DNA of 47,142 nt, from the IMG/VR virus record IMGVR_UViG_3300027790_000008, positions 1 to 47,142 of that record; one strand, written 5' to 3'. The translations under genes and the position numbers were made by a program. The notes under the pieces were generated by a model. The model ran no database searches. It was not told where the DNA came from and saw nothing but the letters and a program-made list of their open reading frames with translations. This DNA comes from a virus. Taxonomy: Duplodnaviria; Caudoviricetes. Below are positions 24,580 to 33,522 of this stretch, piece after piece (the first letter of the stretch is position 1; each line of letters begins with the position of its first letter).

Positions 24580-25652
24580 TCGGCCTGACCCTCTGTTCCG
24601 GCATTGGTGCGCCCGAGGTCGCGGCCCCGTGGGTTGCATGGCGGTTTGCGTCGGAAATAGATCCGTTCCCGCGCGAGGTTCTGCATCAGCGACACGGATA
24701 CAGTCTGCCGGAAGATCACAACCAAGGCGATCCGCTCTTGTGGGACGACATGACCGAAGTGACGCCGGAACTTTTACGAAACCAAGGCATTCCGCTGCCT
24801 GATCTGATCGTCGCCGGAACACCCTGTCAGGCGTTCTCGATCGCGGGTCTGCGGCAAGGCGTGAAAGATGATCGCGGCAACCTTACCCTGAAATTTGTGG
24901 AGATTGTTCATGCAATCCAATCTGTTCGACCTGATGGGCGACTCGCCGTCGTATGGGAAAACGTGCCCGGAATCCTCTCGGACAAAGAAAACGCCTTTGG
25001 GTGCTTCCTGGGAGGACTTGTCGGCGCAATGGATGCCCTACAGCCGCCAGGAGACGGAAGCTGGCCCGGTGAAGGTATGGTGCAGGGGCCAAGGGCACGG
25101 GCTGCATGGTCCGTTCTTGACGCGCAATGGTTCGGAGTGGCGCAGCGGCGCCGTCGCGTGTTCGTTGTCGTCGATTTTGGAAACTGTGTCGATCCCGCAG
25201 CGGTATTACTTGAGCCAGACAGCTTGCGCGGGGATACTCCGCCGCGCCGAGAAACGGGGCAAGGCGTTGCCGCAGATGTTGCACCAAGCCTTGTCGGCAG
25301 CGGTCGAGGGGTAGAGCGAGCGGGTGACACCCGCGGGCAGGATCCGGTTGTTGCAGATTGGCCGGCGTCGGTGCCACCGACGCTCAACGCTCACTTTGGC
25401 GACAAGATGGGCCTTGAGAACCAACATGCGCTTTCGGGGGGGGGGCTGTTCGTTCCCGGAAGTGTCGATGTGCCTCAATGCCGGTGCGATGGGGAGACAG
25501 GACGCGGAGACCGAGACGCTAATTCCCGTAAGCGGAGGCGTCTTCGATGTTGCTCACTCACTACGTGGCGAAGGCTTCGACGCGAGCGAGGATGGAACCG
25601 GGAGGGGAACACCATTGGTGCCCGTTGCAATCCAAGAGCGCGCGGTCAGTGA
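24576..25652 (+). CDS. C5-cytosine DNA methyltransferase, N-terminal frame (motifs I-VIII); true protein sequence ends near the G10 tract at ~25445
   Basis: LCSGIGA (I), GTPCQAFS (IV), ENVPG (VI), QRRRRVF (VIII); GTG start overlaps the RuvC stop. Confidence 0.9.
   Translation: MIGLTLCSGIGAPEVAAPWVAWRFASEIDPFPREVLHQRHGYSLPEDHNQGDPLLWDDMTEVTPELLRNQGIPLPDLIVAGTPCQAFSIAGLRQGVKDDRGNLTLKFVEIVHAIQSVRPDGRLAVVWENVPGILSDKENAFGCFLGGLVGAMDALQPPGDGSWPGEGMVQGPRARAAWSVLDAQWFGVAQRRRRVFVVVDFGNCVDPAAVLLEPDSLRGDTPPRRETGQGVAADVAPSLVGSGRGVERAGDTRGQDPVVADWPASVPPTLNAHFGDKMGLENQHALSGGGLFVPGSVDVPQCRCDGETGRGDRDANSRKRRRLRCCSLTTWRRLRRERGWNREGNTIGARCNPRARGQ
24910..25314 (+). CDS. Overprinted +1-frame ORF, M.EcoHK31I beta-polypeptide-like, 134 aa
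   Basis: GGAGA RBS 6 nt before ATG; CSLSSILE...PQRYYLSQTACAGILRRAEKRGKALP motif. Confidence 0.65.
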   Translation: MQSNLFDLMGDSPSYGKTCPESSRTKKTPLGASWEDLSAQWMPYSRQETEAGPVKVWCRGQGHGLHGPFLTRNGSEWRSGAVACSLSSILETVSIPQRYYLSQTACAGILRRAEKRGKALPQMLHQALSAAVEG

Positions 25653-26349
25653 AAATCCAGCGTCGGGACCGCAGGGCAAGGGGTTTCAGGAAGATGTGGC
25701 CTATACTCTTGAGGCACGCAACAAGGTTCAAGCCGTGGCTTTCGCTGAGAACAGCCGTGGAGAGCTGCGCCTGCAAGGCGGTGACGGGCAGGTTGCGCCC
25801 CAGCTGACAACAGGTGGCGGCAAGCCCGGTCAAGGTCAGCCGTGCGTTGCATTCGATTGCAAAGGCACGGAGGTCCAATACACCGAAGACGGCTCTCACC
25901 CGACGCTTCGCAGTATGGGACACCTCTCAAGCCACCAAAATGCGGGCGGTCATGCAGCGGTGGCGTTTGGTTTATCGACTTCCGTGACGCCCAAGTATGG
26001 AGAAGAGGTTCAGCCTACCATTACGGTCCCAAGTCCAAGCGGCGGCGGGCAGCCTCCAGCTGTAGCTACTCCGTGGGCAGTTCGCCGCCTCACACCTCGC
26101 GAATGCGAGCGCCTGCAAGGCTTCCCCGATGATCACACATTGATCCCCAGAGATCGCAAGCGCGTGCTCAAGGATATGGAAGACGAGGTGCAATACCTGC
26201 TCTCCGAATATCCCGACATGACACCAGAAGAGGCGATCATGCTGGCAGCGGATGGCCCGCGCTACAAGGCGCTCGGCAACAGTATGGCCGTGCCTGTCAT
26301 GCGCTGGATTCTGGACCGGGTTCGCATCAGTTGGGAGCAAAACAAGTGA
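25324..26349 (+). CDS. C5-cytosine DNA methyltransferase, C-terminal frame (TRD-like repeats and terminal motifs)
   Basis: VAHSLR, VAYTLEAR and HPTLRS repeats; RRLTPRECERLQGFPD and RYKALGNSMAVPVM. Confidence 0.85.
   Translation: MTPAGRIRLLQIGRRRCHRRSTLTLATRWALRTNMRFRGGGCSFPEVSMCLNAGAMGRQDAETETLIPVSGGVFDVAHSLRGEGFDASEDGTGRGTPLVPVAIQERAVSENPASGPQGKGFQEDVAYTLEARNKVQAVAFAENSRGELRLQGGDGQVAPQLTTGGGKPGQGQPCVAFDCKGTEVQYTEDGSHPTLRSMGHLSSHQNAGGHAAVAFGLSTSVTPKYGEEVQPTITVPSPSGGGQPPAVATPWAVRRLTPRECERLQGFPDDHTLIPRDRKRVLKDMEDEVQYLLSEYPDMTPEEAIMLAADGPRYKALGNSMAVPVMRWILDRVRISWEQNK
25436..25445 (+). repeat. G10 homopolymer at the MTase frame switch
   Basis: CTTTC-GGGGGGGGGG-CTGTTC; losing one nucleotide fuses the two MTase frames. 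Confidence 0.85.
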
Positions 26350-26528
26350 CTGACATATCTCAGAAAAATACCATGTGGCAGGCCAAGGTTCGCCGGCTTC
26401 TGAAAGAGGGTTTCGGCGTCGATGATATGGTTGCCTTGCACGACATGGACCGGGCCGAAGTGCTGAGAGAAATCGCCATTCTGCGCGAGTCCGGGGATCT
26501 GCGGAAAATCTATGGAGTGGAGCAATGA
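26346..26528 (+). CDS. Small hypothetical protein, 60 aa
   Basis: GTGA/ATGA coupling on both sides. Confidence 0.55.
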   Translation: MTDISQKNTMWQAKVRRLLKEGFGVDDMVALHDMDRAEVLREIAILRESGDLRKIYGVEQ

Positions 26529-27403
26529 GCCGACACGCATTTGATCCAGAGATTGCATCATTGGTCGGGGTCAACGCGGCCGTGATCTTCCAGAACATCG
26601 TGTGGTGGTGCGAGCGGAACGCGATCAAGGGCAGGAACATTCACGACGACAACGCCTGGACCTTCAACAGCGTGACGGCGTTTGGTGATCTGTTCCCATA
26701 CCTGACTGCCAAACAGATCAGAACCGCGCTGGCGAAGTTGGAAGATTCCGAGCTGGTGCAAGTGGACAATTTCAACACGGACAATCGCGATCGAACCAAG
26801 TGGTATGCGGTCCACCCGGACCAAAAAGCATTTGCCCTTATGGTCAGTCCCCATTTGCCCAAAAGGGCAAGTCCCACATTTGCCCTAGAGGGCAGACCAT
26901 TACCAGATATAAACACAGATAGTAAACATACCCCCATACCCCCAGAGGGGGATGATCTTTTCTCAGCAGAATCGGAACAGAGAGAGCAAGAACAGGACTC
27001 GGAACTGAAAGCTATCGAAGAAGGATTCAACGAGTTCTGGAATCAATGGCCGAGTCATCCGCGAAAAGCCGGAAAGGCTGATTGCCGAAAAGTTTACGTC
27101 CAGACCTGCACCGGGAAGTTCCCGAAGGCTGATAAGATTTCACCAACGACGTTGAACCGATGTGCCCGAGCATATTTCGCGTCCGTGTCCGATCAGCAGT
27201 ACCTCAAGGGGCCGCTGCCCTGGTTGCGCAAGCCCGGATGGGAACCATTCCTGGCGGCAAAGGCGATGTATTCCGCCGAAGACCTGACGCACCGCCAATA
27301 TTCGATGCTGTCCGAGGGTCGGGTTCCGCCAAGCATGATGGACGGGGATCAGCCGAATGATGCCGCTAGGTACTTTTTGAAGGCATACGGCCATGTCGTC
27401 TGA
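26525..27403 (+). CDS. Phage replication initiator (winged-helix N-terminus, internal iterons)
   Basis: VGVNAAVIFQNIVWW...WTFNS...LFPYLTAKQIRTALAKLE...DRTKWY; FNEFWNQWP...RKAGK C-domain; upstream of DnaB. Confidence 0.8.
   Translation: MSRHAFDPEIASLVGVNAAVIFQNIVWWCERNAIKGRNIHDDNAWTFNSVTAFGDLFPYLTAKQIRTALAKLEDSELVQVDNFNTDNRDRTKWYAVHPDQKAFALMVSPHLPKRASPTFALEGRPLPDINTDSKHTPIPPEGDDLFSAESEQREQEQDSELKAIEEGFNEFWNQWPSHPRKAGKADCRKVYVQTCTGKFPKADKISPTTLNRCARAYFASVSDQQYLKGPLPWLRKPGWEPFLAAKAMYSAEDLTHRQYSMLSEGRVPPSMMDGDQPNDAARYFLKAYGHVV
26829..26930 (+). repeat. Putative replication origin: three CATTTGCCC iterons plus an AT-rich tract
   Basis: CATTTGCCC at 26829, 26852 and 26877, two with a TGCCC-N4-GGGCA palindrome; followed by an A-rich run; lambda-type ori inside the initiator gene. 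Confidence 0.7.
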
Positions 27404-27617
27404 AGAGGATATTATCGGGCGCAAGCCGGTTATGGGGCCATGTTCGCCGTTTGAAAGCAATATGGTCTGGAAGCCGATGCGGTATCTGGTGCAGAACGGC
27501 AAGAAAACCGTGGTGGTACCGACTCCAGGAACTGCTGGCGTTCCAATCAACGAGGCAACCGGGCAGGCGAAGGTGTCCATACCTGTTTTACCATGGGAGG
27601 ACGGTGATGACGCTTAA
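27393..27617 (+). CDS. Hypothetical protein, 74 aa
   Basis: Bridges the initiator and the helicase with short overlaps. Confidence 0.55.
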   Translation: MSSEEDIIGRKPVMGPCSPFESNMVWKPMRYLVQNGKKTVVVPTPGTAGVPINEATGQAKVSIPVLPWEDGDDA

Positions 27618-28998
27618 CCCGCCACATGCGACCGAGGCTGAACAGCAATTGCTGGGCGCCGTGATGGTGGACAACGAGCGGTTTTATCGCGTCGGGTCGA
27701 TCCTGAGAGAAGATCACTTCTTTGAGCCGGTTCATGCCCGGATCTGGTCGGCAATCCGCCAGCGTCTTGACCGTGACCTTTTGGCCGACGCGATAACATT
27801 GGCCGATGATCTGCAAGGTGATCCAGGATTGAAGGAGCTCGGGGGCGGTAAGTACCTGGTGCGGTTGATGGGCGCGTCGGTCTCAGGGAGCCTTTTGGGA
27901 GATTATGCGGCTGTCATAATCGCGACTCATGATCGCCGCACCTTGGTAGAGGCTCTGGACAGTGCGAAGTCTCGTGCGCTGGATGGCGGTCTAGATGGTG
28001 CCGGTGATGCCGTGGCGGATATCGAAACATTCCTGCACCGACGCTCCGACATATCGATGGCCCCGCGTAGCATGTCGTTGCTCCGGGCTCAGATCGATTC
28101 CGTGGAACAGATCAAAGAGATATACCAGGGCGGCGCGATAGGTGTGCCCAGCGGGATTGCCGCTCTGGATGAAGTACTGACACTGGCGCCCAAGCGATAC
28201 ACGATGCTGGCCGGCGCAACGTCGATGGGGAAGACCGCGCTTGGCCTGTCGATTGCGAAGGCGGCGGCATCGGCTGGGTATGGGGTCGGCTACGTGTCGC
28301 GCGAAATGCCCGAAACCGATCTTGCGAACCGGATCAACAGCATGAAATCACTTGTTCCGTACAAGGCTTATGACCGCCCTATGAGCGAGGCCAGCTTTAG
28401 GCGGGTGGTCGAGGCGGCGAAGTCGCTGGAAGATTTGCCTATTGAGATATTCAGCGACCGGGTGAACGACGTTCCCGCTATCGTATCCGAATGTAAGAAG
28501 TTGCGGGCCAAGTGGCGGCTAAATGACAATTTTCACGGTCTCAAGTTGCTGGTGGTGGATTATATCCAGCTTATCAAGGGCCGCGGGGAATCCGCCTTTG
28601 TGCGCCTGTCCGAAGTCGCGAACGACCTGAAATCGGTAGCAAAATCGCTTGATGTGCATGTCCTGGCGCTGGCCCAGATCGATCGCAAAATCATCGAGCG
28701 CGAGGATACACGGCCCAAGCTGTCGGATCTTCGTGGGTCTGGTGACTTGGAAAACGCCCCGGACAACGTGATTTTTGTCCATCGGCCAGAATACTACCTC
28801 AAGCGCAGCACTCCCCCGAAGGCGCCCGATGACCGCGCCGATTGGGAAGCCGATCTGGTAAAGTGGAAGGACAAGGCCGAAATAATCATCGGGAAGGCGC
28901 GGATGGGTGAGATTACATCGGTAACTGTGGGTTGCGACATGGGCACCAACCGGTTTTTCGATTTGCCCGATCACGATTCTGAAGGCTGGAACTTCTGA
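27607..28998 (+). CDS. dnaB: Replicative DnaB-family helicase, 463 aa
   Basis: PPHATEAEQQLLGA, Walker A GATSMGKT, VVDYIQL, LAQIDR, RPKLSDLRGSGDLE and IIGKAR. Confidence 0.93.
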   Translation: MTLNPPHATEAEQQLLGAVMVDNERFYRVGSILREDHFFEPVHARIWSAIRQRLDRDLLADAITLADDLQGDPGLKELGGGKYLVRLMGASVSGSLLGDYAAVIIATHDRRTLVEALDSAKSRALDGGLDGAGDAVADIETFLHRRSDISMAPRSMSLLRAQIDSVEQIKEIYQGGAIGVPSGIAALDEVLTLAPKRYTMLAGATSMGKTALGLSIAKAAASAGYGVGYVSREMPETDLANRINSMKSLVPYKAYDRPMSEASFRRVVEAAKSLEDLPIEIFSDRVNDVPAIVSECKKLRAKWRLNDNFHGLKLLVVDYIQLIKGRGESAFVRLSEVANDLKSVAKSLDVHVLALAQIDRKIIEREDTRPKLSDLRGSGDLENAPDNVIFVHRPEYYLKRSTPPKAPDDRADWEADLVKWKDKAEIIIGKARMGEITSVTVGCDMGTNRFFDLPDHDSEGWNF

Positions 28999-29207
28999 TG
29001 GTCGGCATGGGATCGATGGACGTCATCGCAGAGGCTAACCGGATCAAGGATCGTCTGCGGGCCTGCAAAACCCGTGCTGAGGTCGAGGACGTGGCCGACC
29101 AGGAGCGCGCCCAGGTCAAGGCGATGCACGATCAGGGTGGCGAGCCGCAGACATTGGCGGGCCACATTGTTCGCCTGAAAGAGCAATGCTTGCGGGATCT
29201 GGAATAA
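28998..29207 (+). CDS. Hypothetical protein, about 69 aa
   Basis: Coupled to the dnaB stop. Confidence 0.55.
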   Translation: MVGMGSMDVIAEANRIKDRLRACKTRAEVEDVADQERAQVKAMHDQGGEPQTLAGHIVRLKEQCLRDLE

Positions 29208-29275
29208 CCAAAGACGGCCCCGGTTTCCCGAATGCCGCCTTTAGTTTGTGCTGGACTTCGCGAAGATCCCAGACG

Positions 29276-29668
29276 TCATTGCGTTACCGCGCTGTCGCCT
29301 CGCTTCTTGTTTTCTGCAATCTTTTTTAAGTTGCAGGCGGTTGCGGCCTCTAATTCAGCTTGTGAAGCCTTAAGTATGTCTGGGTTTTCGTACTCCCAGA
29401 CCTTCATCGCCTCATAGCGCATCCGCCATTCGGCTAAATCATCGTCGCTTCGAACGAGTGTATTTGGTACGTGCCGAAAGAGGTGTGTCTGAGTCATCAA
29501 GATTGCAGGATATTTTGGCTTTCGGTGGCACCATCCGCCATCGAAGCCGTGCGGAGATTCACCGGTCAAGCCGCTGACTTCTATGCTTGGCTCTCGGTAC
29601 TCCAACCCGCCGGTAGGCGAGTGCCTGATTAAATAGACGTATACATGCTCGTCATTGTAGATGCTCAT
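29276..29668 (-). CDS. Hypothetical protein, 130 aa
   Basis: AGGAG RBS before ATG 29668; lower GC. Confidence 0.6.
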   Translation of the reverse strand: MSIYNDEHVYVYLIRHSPTGGLEYREPSIEVSGLTGESPHGFDGGWCHRKPKYPAILMTQTHLFRHVPNTLVRSDDDLAEWRMRYEAMKVWEYENPDILKASQAELEAATACNLKKIAENKKRGDSAVTQ

Positions 29669-29712
29669 TTCAGCGTCTCCTATGTTGGCGGGCAACGGTG
29701 CCCTTGCTAATA

Positions 29713-29790
29713 CTATTCAAAATTCAGAGCAATGATGACGCCGATCCCGACGATGAAGGCCCAGCCGATCAGGTCTATCCAGATTGGCAT
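29713..29790 (-). CDS. 25-aa single-TM peptide MPIWIDLIGWAFIVGIGVIIALNFE
   Basis: Read by eye; GAAAGGAAG RBS. Confidence 0.55.
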   Translation of the reverse strand: MPIWIDLIGWAFIVGIGVIIALNFE

Positions 29791-29837
29791 TGTGCTTCCT
29801 TTCGTGTGCCCTTGGTGGCGTAGTGCTGGTATTTAGA

Positions 29838-30155
29838 TCAGCCCCACAGGTCCAATTGTTTGACTGCGGGCGCTACGTTGCGCTCACAGCCCGGAATGAC
29901 GGTCTGTTCTCCTTCCGAGGTGAGCTCGGTAGAAAACGCCTCGGAATATGGGCGCAGGTCCATGCCAGAGGCGATCAGGGATCCGACGGTTTCATGCCCG
30001 CCAGTGCACATGTAGCCATACCACCGACGATCCCCGCCGGCATAGTCCACAGCATACATCCACTCGACGCCGCCAAGCGCGCAATTGCGGAATACTCTTG
30101 TACGCCGCCCGAAAGCCGCGCCGTTGTCGTGGAATACTTCCTGGTTATTGGTCAT
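29838..30155 (-). CDS. Hypothetical protein, 105 aa, with C-terminal QLDLW clamp-binding-like motif
   Basis: AAGGAG RBS before ATG 30155. Confidence 0.65.
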   Translation of the reverse strand: MTNNQEVFHDNGAAFGRRTRVFRNCALGGVEWMYAVDYAGGDRRWYGYMCTGGHETVGSLIASGMDLRPYSEAFSTELTSEGEQTVIPGCERNVAPAVKQLDLWG

Positions 30156-30217
30156 TTCCGTTTCTCCTTTTCGACCACATAGGGAAGGGGCGCCGCGACG
30201 CCCCTCTGCCGATGGGG

Positions 30218-30658
30218 TCAAGCGACGGCCTTGGCAACTTTGGCCGCAAGTTCTTCCATCGGGCGCCGCGCTTGATCCGTGAAAGTAAAATAGCGGCCTT
30301 TGATTTGCCCGTGCCATGACACAAGATCCGCCGTCAGTCTCTCGGAGACGTGGAAAAGCTCGACGCCTTGGACAGTGCGCCAGCGACAAGGCGGCAAGAC
30401 TTCGAGGGCATACCAAAAATCAGCTTCGGTTTCTTCAACAGGGTCCGTGACTAGGCCAGCTTCAAATGCAGATTGCAGCTCGTCAAGTTCCGCATCAGAT
30501 ATAGCCTTCAGTTTGATTCCGCGCTCGGCTTCATATTGTTCGATGGTGAGTCCATCGGTATAGGCAACGGTCCCATCCGGTGTCAGGAAGCTCTGGACGC
30601 CAGAATAGGGCTGGTCGGCTTTTATGATCCAGACGGTTTTTGAGAAAGGCGAGGTCAT
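30218..30658 (-). CDS. DUF1419-like protein, 146 aa
   Basis: FWYALEVLPP...FHVSE motif; AAGGAAG RBS. Confidence 0.65.
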   Translation of the reverse strand: MTSPFSKTVWIIKADQPYSGVQSFLTPDGTVAYTDGLTIEQYEAERGIKLKAISDAELDELQSAFEAGLVTDPVEETEADFWYALEVLPPCRWRTVQGVELFHVSERLTADLVSWHGQIKGRYFTFTDQARRPMEELAAKVAKAVA

Positions 30659-30659
30659 T

Positions 30660-31142
30660 TTATACTTCCTTTTGTGCGTGGGGGTTGCGCTCGGCGTCAT
30701 GCGGCTCGGGGCCGACGTAGTAGTGCGGGCGGGCTTTTCCGGTATCAGCCCGATACAATTTCCCGCCGCTATCCCGCGCGCCACGCCATGAGCAGGAGCG
30801 GCACGGGACGCAAAGTGGCCCGGTGTGGTTGGTGCTGATCTGATTAAGCGCGCCGCAGCAGTCGCAGCGATACGGCCGCCAAGCGACATAAAGCCCATAT
30901 TCCGCCGGAAATTCGGCATCCGGGGCAACGTCATTTTTGTCAACGGTGACAAATCTGTGCTTACTGTCATGGGCATTGCCAGATAGTTCGCGGGCTGTGT
31001 GTTCAGGCAATGCCCATGCGTCGAATGGGTCGCCGGTGCAATCCAACTGCCCGAAAATGACACGGGTGCCGGTTGGGATTTTGAAAGTGTTGCGGCTGTC
31101 AAATCGGCCAATCACTTCGCGGGTTACGGTGCCTCTTTGCAT
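30660..31142 (-). CDS. Hypothetical Zn-binding protein, 160 aa
   Basis: CDCCG...TNH...CRSCSW; GAAAGGAAA RBS. Confidence 0.7.
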   Translation of the reverse strand: MQRGTVTREVIGRFDSRNTFKIPTGTRVIFGQLDCTGDPFDAWALPEHTARELSGNAHDSKHRFVTVDKNDVAPDAEFPAEYGLYVAWRPYRCDCCGALNQISTNHTGPLCVPCRSCSWRGARDSGGKLYRADTGKARPHYYVGPEPHDAERNPHAQKEV

Positions 31143-31181
31143 GGTGTTTCCTTTCGAGTTGTTCCGGGGTTTCGGATCGGA

Positions 31182-31427
31182 TTAAGCGATGTAGACTGTC
31201 TTTGGGCTGAGCTGCGCGAGGTTGGTGACGCTAAGAGGCTGCAGGCGACCTTCGGCCAGATCCCGCGCCGCAATGGCCGCGCGTTTCCTGTTTGTGTAGG
31301 TCCAGCTGCTTCCATGGCCCACGTTATCCCTGAGCGTCACGCGCCATGCCTGAGCGTCATGCACGGCGCAGCTCTCCCAAGTGCACTCGCCCTCGGCTTC
31401 CCGGACAGGTTCAAAAAGTACCAGCAT
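31182..31427 (-). CDS. Hypothetical protein, 81 aa
   Basis: AAGGAG RBS. Confidence 0.65.
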   Translation of the reverse strand: MLVLFEPVREAEGECTWESCAVHDAQAWRVTLRDNVGHGSSWTYTNRKRAAIAARDLAEGRLQPLSVTNLAQLSPKTVYIA

Positions 31428-31498
31428 CGTCTATCTCCTTTGGCTGTCATGCTTGGCGCATGGGATCGGGCCGCGCTCTGTCGGCCCTCACCGATGCG

Positions 31499-31903
31499 TC
31501 AGGCACATGCCCGCGCTGCATCATTCCGCCAGCGCAGAGCCCATTCGCGGCAATCCGCATATTTTGCCGGCGCGTCTGCATCCGTCCTGATCGGCGTCAG
31601 CTTGTCGAGGATCTGGCGCGTCACACCCGCCGTCGAATAAGGGCCCATGGTTTCATCCATCGCCTTAATGGATACGGAGCGCCAGCCGCGCGCGCCAAGA
31701 CCATGCCCCTTGATGACAAAGGCCACGACGACGCTATCTGCATCGCCAGTGGCATAGATGCCGCGCGAATAATCCGCAGCAGGAAGCCGCATAGCAGCGC
31801 AAGCACCCTCGGATGTAGCGTGACATGCCAGTACGGTGCCCGGCAGTTCATCGGCCAGCAGCGCGCGAAGGTTCTTGTCGGTCTCAAATATGATCGTGCC
31901 CAT
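31499..31903 (-). CDS. Hypothetical protein with KxMDETMGPY motif (DUF6927-like), 134 aa
   Basis: GAGGAG RBS; first gene of the leftward early operon. Confidence 0.7.
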   Translation of the reverse strand: MGTIIFETDKNLRALLADELPGTVLACHATSEGACAAMRLPAADYSRGIYATGDADSVVVAFVIKGHGLGARGWRSVSIKAMDETMGPYSTAGVTRQILDKLTPIRTDADAPAKYADCREWALRWRNDAARACA

Positions 31904-31938
31904 GGTGATACTCCTCTATATGGCATGAAAAGAATATT

Positions 31939-31953
31939 CACCAAAACCACCAA
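31939..31953 (-). promoter_or_regulatory. TTGGTGGTTTTGGTG motif (1 mismatch) upstream of the leftward operon
   Basis: Followed on the minus strand by AATATTCT (-10-like). Confidence 0.55.
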
Positions 31954-32028
31954 AATCAAGAAAGATCACGACAAAAGATGAAATAAAAGCGACAAAGACA
32001 CCAAAACCGCCACCCGCTACAATGAGGT

Positions 32029-32613
32029 ATGACTAAGGACACACTCATACGGCAGGCAGGGATAGGGCTCAGGGTAATGGCGCCAGGCCGCGGCAATGTC
32101 GCGCCGACTCAGTGGCGCACATATCTCAAGGCGGTAGCAGAGGCAGCCCGCAAGCCCAGGCGCGGCCGACCTGGACCGCCGTCTAATCCGATCGACCCGG
32201 CACTAGGGCCAAAAGCCTTGCACGGCAATGGTCCACCACCACAGGAGCGCCGCTGTCAGTACAGCAATCGAGAAGGCCGCCAGTGCCGTAAGTGGGCAAT
32301 GCGCGGAGCGACACGGTGCTTCGCCCACGGCGGATGCAGGCAGGTACCGGCTCACCCGGCATCGATCCGCCTCTATCACAATGGCAGGATCACAGCCAAC
32401 GACGCCCGACGCCGAGCATCCGCTATCATATACAGCAAACACCATAAAGCAGGGAGAGCAGCAGTCATGACCGCGCAGCGGTCCCTGCCATACGAACTGT
32501 CACGCGAGGCAATTGCAGATGGCATCCTCTCATACTACGCAGACGACGCAGGCAAAGCGTGGCGCCAATGGCTCGATCAAATCAAGAAATATGGAGCAAA
32601 ATCAAATGCCTAG
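32029..32613 (+). CDS. HGGxSTG-like Zn-finger protein of the packaging module, 194 aa
   Basis: RRC...GRQCRKWAMRGATRCFAHGG; TACAAT -10 box 5 nt upstream. Confidence 0.65.
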   Translation: MTKDTLIRQAGIGLRVMAPGRGNVAPTQWRTYLKAVAEAARKPRRGRPGPPSNPIDPALGPKALHGNGPPPQERRCQYSNREGRQCRKWAMRGATRCFAHGGCRQVPAHPASIRLYHNGRITANDARRRASAIIYSKHHKAGRAAVMTAQRSLPYELSREAIADGILSYYADDAGKAWRQWLDQIKKYGAKSNA

Positions 32614-32866
32614 CAAAGCGGAGATTAACGGTAGGGGGGGAAGGGATCGGATTTCTTCGCTGTCCGGGATAGACGAGGCGCGCCAGGTATTCCGCGATGT
32701 GCTGGCCGATCCCGATGCGACGAGAACCGAAAAACTCAATGCCGCCAAAGCCTTAGCCGATCTGGAACGCAAAGATGACCAGCTTGGCTCGGGCCTGTTC
32801 AAGCTGACACGCGACGATATCCGGGCCGAGATTGCCCGAGTTCGTGCGCAGATAGACGCTAAGTAA
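32606..32866 (+). CDS. Probable terminase small subunit, 86 aa
   Basis: GGAG RBS; helical ...TEKLNAAKALADLE...LTRDDIRAEI pattern; upstream of a pac-like site and TerL. Confidence 0.5.
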   Translation: MPSKAEINGRGGRDRISSLSGIDEARQVFRDVLADPDATRTEKLNAAKALADLERKDDQLGSGLFKLTRDDIRAEIARVRAQIDAK

Positions 32867-32889
32867 CTGTAAACATTGATGACGCGCTC

Positions 32890-33000
32890 CCTTGTCAGGG
32901 GAGAGGGAGGGGAGGCGGCCCACCCCCTGGGGTATCCGACCGGCGCCGCGCTTTATGTTTATCCGCCCCTCTCACAAAATTTTCGCGAAAAAAAGGTGGT
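32890..33000. other. Candidate packaging (pac/terminus) region
   Basis: Non-coding G-runs and C-runs followed by AAAATTTTCGCGAAAAAAA; strand composition flips from A/C-rich to G/T-rich here. Confidence 0.45.
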
Positions 33001-33186
33001 GTTACAACCTGTGGGGTGTCTGTGGCGTGGTATTTTGGTGTCTTTTGGGTTTTGGTGGTCAACCTGTGGGTGAATTATGTTGTGTTTGGTGTTGTGGTTT
33101 TTCCTGAATTATTGAGTGTTTATGGTGTTGGTGATTGTGGTGTGAAGGCGATTGGTGGATTTGTTGTAATGTGGTAGTTAGGTGTC

Positions 33187-33522
33187 ATGTCGAGTGTTGC
33201 GCATATTGCTTTGGTCCGCGGGGAGGATCTTCACCAGGAGTTTCGGGTTCTGGACAGTGACGGTGCTGTCGTTGATGTGAGTTCGTCAGCGGGCAGTATG
33301 AGTGCGGTTTGTGAGAACAAGGCGATCGAGGCGGATTTGACGCTTGATGTGACGGACGGCGCGTCCGGGTCTTTGTATCTTGGCGGTCTTTCTGGTCTGA
33401 CGGCATCTTGGCCTGTTGGTGTTTGGGGTATTCGTTTGTGGATGGATTGGGCAAGTGCGTCCGTGAAGCCGAACATTGAGGTTCTTGTTGAGTTGCGCCT
33501 GACGGTGAAGGAGGGCTTCTGA
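33187..33522 (+). CDS. Virion adaptor-like protein (RG[DE] start, BppU-N-like), 111 aa
   Basis: IALVRGEDL...DSDGAVVDVS pattern typical of fibre-attachment domains. Confidence 0.55.
   Translation: MSSVAHIALVRGEDLHQEFRVLDSDGAVVDVSSSAGSMSAVCENKAIEADLTLDVTDGASGSLYLGGLSGLTASWPVGVWGIRLWMDWASASVKPNIEVLVELRLTVKEGF

Noticed and set aside
29210-29245. Terminator between the convergent replication and early operons
   Set aside because: Only an imperfect stem (AAAGACGGC/GCCGCCTTT) with a long loop; too weak to call.
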